This document shows, piece by piece, positions 17,087 to 20,000 of a stretch of 20,000 bases of DNA (positions within the stretch are counted from its first letter, which is position 1; the number at the start of each line of letters is the position of its first letter). The notes beneath the pieces were generated by a model, which searched no databases, had not been told where the DNA came from, and was given only the letters and a program-made list of their open reading frames with translations. Source of the stretch: Candidatus Aminicenantales bacterium (GTDB taxonomy: Bacteria > Acidobacteriota > Aminicenantia > Aminicenantales > Saccharicenantaceae); assembly GCA_049512315.1 (NCBI GenBank), contig JBEKXF010000001.1, positions 117,340-137,339 of the forward strand. The letters are read 5' to 3'. Made by a program: the position numbers and the translations under genes.

Positions 17087-17983
17087 ATGAAAAAGACACT
17101 GATCATGGCCCTGGCAATCATCGGCCTCATGGCGGCCTTCACGACGGCCGCCCCGGCCAAGAAGATGATCCAGATCAAGGGCTCTGACACTCTGGTCAAT
17201 CTCGTCCAGGTTTTGGCCGAGGAGTACATGTCCAAGAACCCCGGCACTGCCATCGCCATTCTCGGCGGCGGGTCCGGCACGGGCATCACCGGCCTCATCA
17301 ACCAGACCTGCGACATCGCCGACCACTCCCGGGAGTGGAAAAAGAAGGAAATCGACCAGGCCTGGGAAAAGGGCGTCTCACCCCGGTTTTTCATCATCGC
17401 CGTCGACGGCCTGAGCATCGTCGTCCATGAGAAGAATCCCATCGCGAAACTCACGATGGCCCAGGTCGGCGCCATGTACAGGGGCGAGGTCAAGAACTGG
17501 AAGATGTTGGGCGCTTATGACAAGCCGGTTTCCCTCTATGGCCGCCAGTCCAATTCCGGCACCTACACGTTCATGCAGGAATTCGTCCTTGGGAACAAGA
17601 ATTTTTCGGCCGATGTGAAGGAAATGAACGGCAACGCCCAGATCATCGAGAGCGTCCTCCAGGACGAGGGCGCCGTCGGGTATGTCGGGGTCGGCTATCT
17701 CTACGACAAGGACGGGAAGATCCGGAAAGGCCTCAAGGTCTTGAACATCTCCAAGCCCCCGGACGGAGAGGCGTTTGCGCCGACGGACAAGGCCGCCATC
17801 GACTCCGGGAAATACCCAATCTCCCGGCCGCTCTTCCAGGCCACGAACGGCAAGCCGAACGCGGACATCACCGCCTTCATCGCCTGGGAGACGGGCCCCG
17901 AAGGGCAAGCGATCGTCGAGCGCGAAGGCTTCTTCGCTATCAGCTCCGCCCACAAAGCCCAAAACGACAAGAACCTCAAGTGA
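17087..17983 (+). CDS. pstS: Phosphate ABC transporter substrate-binding protein
   Basis: Signal peptide; IKGSDT, GGGSGTGI, IAVDGL, GRQSNSGTY and YPISRPLF motifs. Confidence 0.95.
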   Translation: MKKTLIMALAIIGLMAAFTTAAPAKKMIQIKGSDTLVNLVQVLAEEYMSKNPGTAIAILGGGSGTGITGLINQTCDIADHSREWKKKEIDQAWEKGVSPRFFIIAVDGLSIVVHEKNPIAKLTMAQVGAMYRGEVKNWKMLGAYDKPVSLYGRQSNSGTYTFMQEFVLGNKNFSADVKEMNGNAQIIESVLQDEGAVGYVGVGYLYDKDGKIRKGLKVLNISKPPDGEAFAPTDKAAIDSGKYPISRPLFQATNGKPNADITAFIAWETGPEGQAIVEREGFFAISSAHKAQNDKNLK

Positions 17984-18040
17984 GCGGATCAAGAGCGGGG
18001 GAATTTTCATAAACAAGGAAGGCTGGAAGGTCCCGGTTGC

Positions 18041-18937
18041 GTGATGAAAAAAAAGAAATGGGCGAACCTAAAAGAATCCGCCATCAGGGCCTTCTTTCTG
18101 ACCTGCGGCATTCTGGCCATTTTGGTCCTGATCGGCATTTTCGTCACACTTCTCTACACCGCCGTCCCCGCATTTAAAGAGGTCCGCCTCTCCGAATTCC
18201 TCCTGAAGAAGAACTGGGACCCCACGTCCCCCGAGAAAGCGGAGTATGGGATCCTGTCCATGATTGTCAGCACCCTCATGGTGACCGGCGGCGCCCTTCT
18301 CCTCGCCGTTCCCATCGGGATCGGTGTCGCGGCCTACCTTTCCGACGTCGCCCATTGGCGCGTCCGCGAAGTCGTCAAGCCCATCGTTGAGATCCTGGCC
18401 GGGATCCCTTCGGTCGTTGTCGGCTTCCTGGGGATCGTGTTATTCGGTCCGGCCATCGCCAAGATCTTCCACATCGGCAACGGCCTGAACGCCGTCAACG
18501 GGAGTGTCCTGCTGGCCATCATGTCCCTGCCGACGATCATCAGCATCTCCGAAGACTCCCTGAATGCGGTCCCCCCAGCCTACGGGGAAGCGTCTCTGGC
18601 GCTCGGTGCGTCCCGATGGCAGACGCTTCTCAGGGTGAAGATCCCCGCGGCCCTATCCGGCATCATCGCCGCCTGCATGCTGGGGATGGGCCGGGCCATC
18701 GGAGAGACCATGACCGTCCTCATGGCCACGGGCAACGCCCGGGCTTTCCCCCACGGCTTCCTGAGCCCCGTCCGGACCATGACGGCCAATATCGCCATCG
18801 AGCTGGGCGAAGTCCCGTATTATACAACGCATTATTACGCGCTTTTCGCCATCGGCCTCGTCTTGTTCATCATGACCTTCGTCGTCAACCTGGTCGCCGA
18901 TGTCATCCTCCACAAATACCAGGAGCGCGAGCGATGA
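18041..18937 (+). CDS. pstC: Phosphate ABC transporter permease PstC
   Basis: EILAGIPSVVVG, EASLALGASRWQT and GMGRAIGETMTVLM motifs; start is GTG 18041 or ATG 18044. Confidence 0.95.
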   Translation: MMKKKKWANLKESAIRAFFLTCGILAILVLIGIFVTLLYTAVPAFKEVRLSEFLLKKNWDPTSPEKAEYGILSMIVSTLMVTGGALLLAVPIGIGVAAYLSDVAHWRVREVVKPIVEILAGIPSVVVGFLGIVLFGPAIAKIFHIGNGLNAVNGSVLLAIMSLPTIISISEDSLNAVPPAYGEASLALGASRWQTLLRVKIPAALSGIIAACMLGMGRAIGETMTVLMATGNARAFPHGFLSPVRTMTANIAIELGEVPYYTTHYYALFAIGLVLFIMTFVVNLVADVILHKYQERER

Positions 18938-19794
18938 AACAGGCCACGCAGAAAAAGGTCACCCAGTTCCTTGGCTTTTTCCTGCTCCGTGCCTGCCTCT
19001 ACCTCGTCCTGGCCGTCCTGCTTCTTTTCCTCTACGACATCGGGCGGAAAGGCGGGGGCGCGATCAGCTGGGAGTTCCTGACCCAGGTTCCGCGAAAAGG
19101 GATGACGCAAGGCGGGATATTCCCGGCCATCTTCGGGACCTTCCTCGTGACTCTCATCACGGCGATCCTGGCCGTGCCCTTGGGCATGTGCGCCGCGATC
19201 TACCTCAACGAGTACGCTAGGCAGGGCCACCTGACCCGCCTCATCCGGCTGTCCATCCGGAACCTGTCCGGCGTGCCGTCCATCGTTTATGGCCTTTTCG
19301 GCGTCATCCTGTTCGTCAACATCATGCGCTTCGGGACGTCCGTCCTCTCCGCCGGCCTCACCCTGGGACTCATGACGCTCCCTTGGACCATCACGGCCAG
19401 CGAGGAGGCCCTGAAAACGGTCCCCAATTCCTACCGCGAAGGCGCGTTGGCGCTCGGTGCGACCAAATGGCAGTCGATCCGGACCAACGTCCTGCCCTAC
19501 GCCGTGCCCGGCATGCTGACGGGGACCGTCCTCGGCCTGGCCAGGGCGGCCGGGGAGACGGCGCCCATCCTCTTCACTGGCGCGGCCTTCTTCCTGCCCT
19601 ATCTTCCGAAATCCTTGGGAGACCAGTTCATGGCGCTCCCGTACCATCTCTATATCATGGCCACTCAGCATCATCAGATCGAGCAGGTCCGGCCGCTGGC
19701 TTACGGGACAGCGCTGGTCTTGATCGTCCTGGTTCTGGGCATGAACATGACGGCCGTCGTCATCAGGTTCAGGCTGAGAAGGAAACGCCGATGA
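18934..19794 (+). CDS. pstA: Phosphate ABC transporter permease PstA
   Basis: ATGA overlap with pst[37 protein letters not shown] and [11 protein letters not shown] motifs. Confidence 0.95.
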   Translation: MKQATQKKVTQFLGFFLLRACLYLVLAVLLLFLYDIGRKGGGAISWEFLTQVPRKGMTQGGIFPAIFGTFLVTLITAILAVPLGMCAAIYLNEYARQGHLTRLIRLSIRNLSGVPSIVYGLFGVILFVNIMRFGTSVLSAGLTLGLMTLPWTITASEEALKTVPNSYREGALALGATKWQSIRTNVLPYAVPGMLTGTVLGLARAAGETAPILFTGAAFFLPYLPKSLGDQFMALPYHLYIMATQHHQIEQVRPLAYGTALVLIVLVLGMNMTAVVIRFRLRRKRR

Positions 19795-20000
19795 GCGACG
19801 GAACGATGCCCCCGAAGATCGAAACCGAGGACCTGAATTTTTACTACGGTCCCGCGCGGGCCCTGAACAAGGTCAGCATCGCCTGCGCCGCGAACCGTGT
19901 CACGGCCATCATCGGCCCCTCGGGATGCGGCAAGTCGACCTTCATCCGGACTCTCAACCGGATGAACGACGTGATCCCTGGGATACGGATGGAAGGGACG
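19791..20000 (+). CDS. pstB: Phosphate ABC transporter ATPase PstB (3'-truncated by window)
   Basis: ATGA overlap with pstA. Translates [52 protein letters not shown] (Walker A). Confidence 0.93.
   Translation, partial: MSDGTMPPKIETEDLNFYYGPARALNKVSIACAANRVTAIIGPSGCGKSTFIRTLNRMNDVIPGIRMEGT

Noticed and set aside
17082..17090. ATG-AAA-TGA mini-ORF overlapping the pstS start
   Set aside because: Only 2 nt from the AGGAG RBS, too close for initiation; spacing fits ATG 17087.

Overview
GC-rich bacterial chromosomal window, probably from a diderm (lipoproteins, a porin); an Acidobacteriota/Aminicenantes-like origin is only an impression. Every credible gene is on the + strand. In order: a partial complex I cluster (nuoF'-G-H-I) that ends in a coupled YtnP-like metallo-beta-lactamase-fold gene; a malic enzyme with its own sigma70 promoter and terminator; a four-gene envelope operon behind a near-consensus promoter and a ~260-nt leader; dnaK-dnaJ-hspR-sigma70 factor-DnaC/IstB-like ATPase with a HAIR operator on the promoter; tRNA-Asn(GTT) and mgsA; and a porin-pstSCAB' operon with four 11-bp-spaced Pho-box-like repeats. 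The envelope operon is the best candidate for an undescribed system. It encodes an Ala/Lys-rich helical lipoprotein, a lipoprotein with a paralogous helical domain fused to a YafK/DpaA-like YkuD domain, a membrane-anchored canonical L,D-transpeptidase, and a YkuD-like paralogue that has lost its catalytic residues. This may be a non-Lpp lipoprotein-peptidoglycan tethering and release module.
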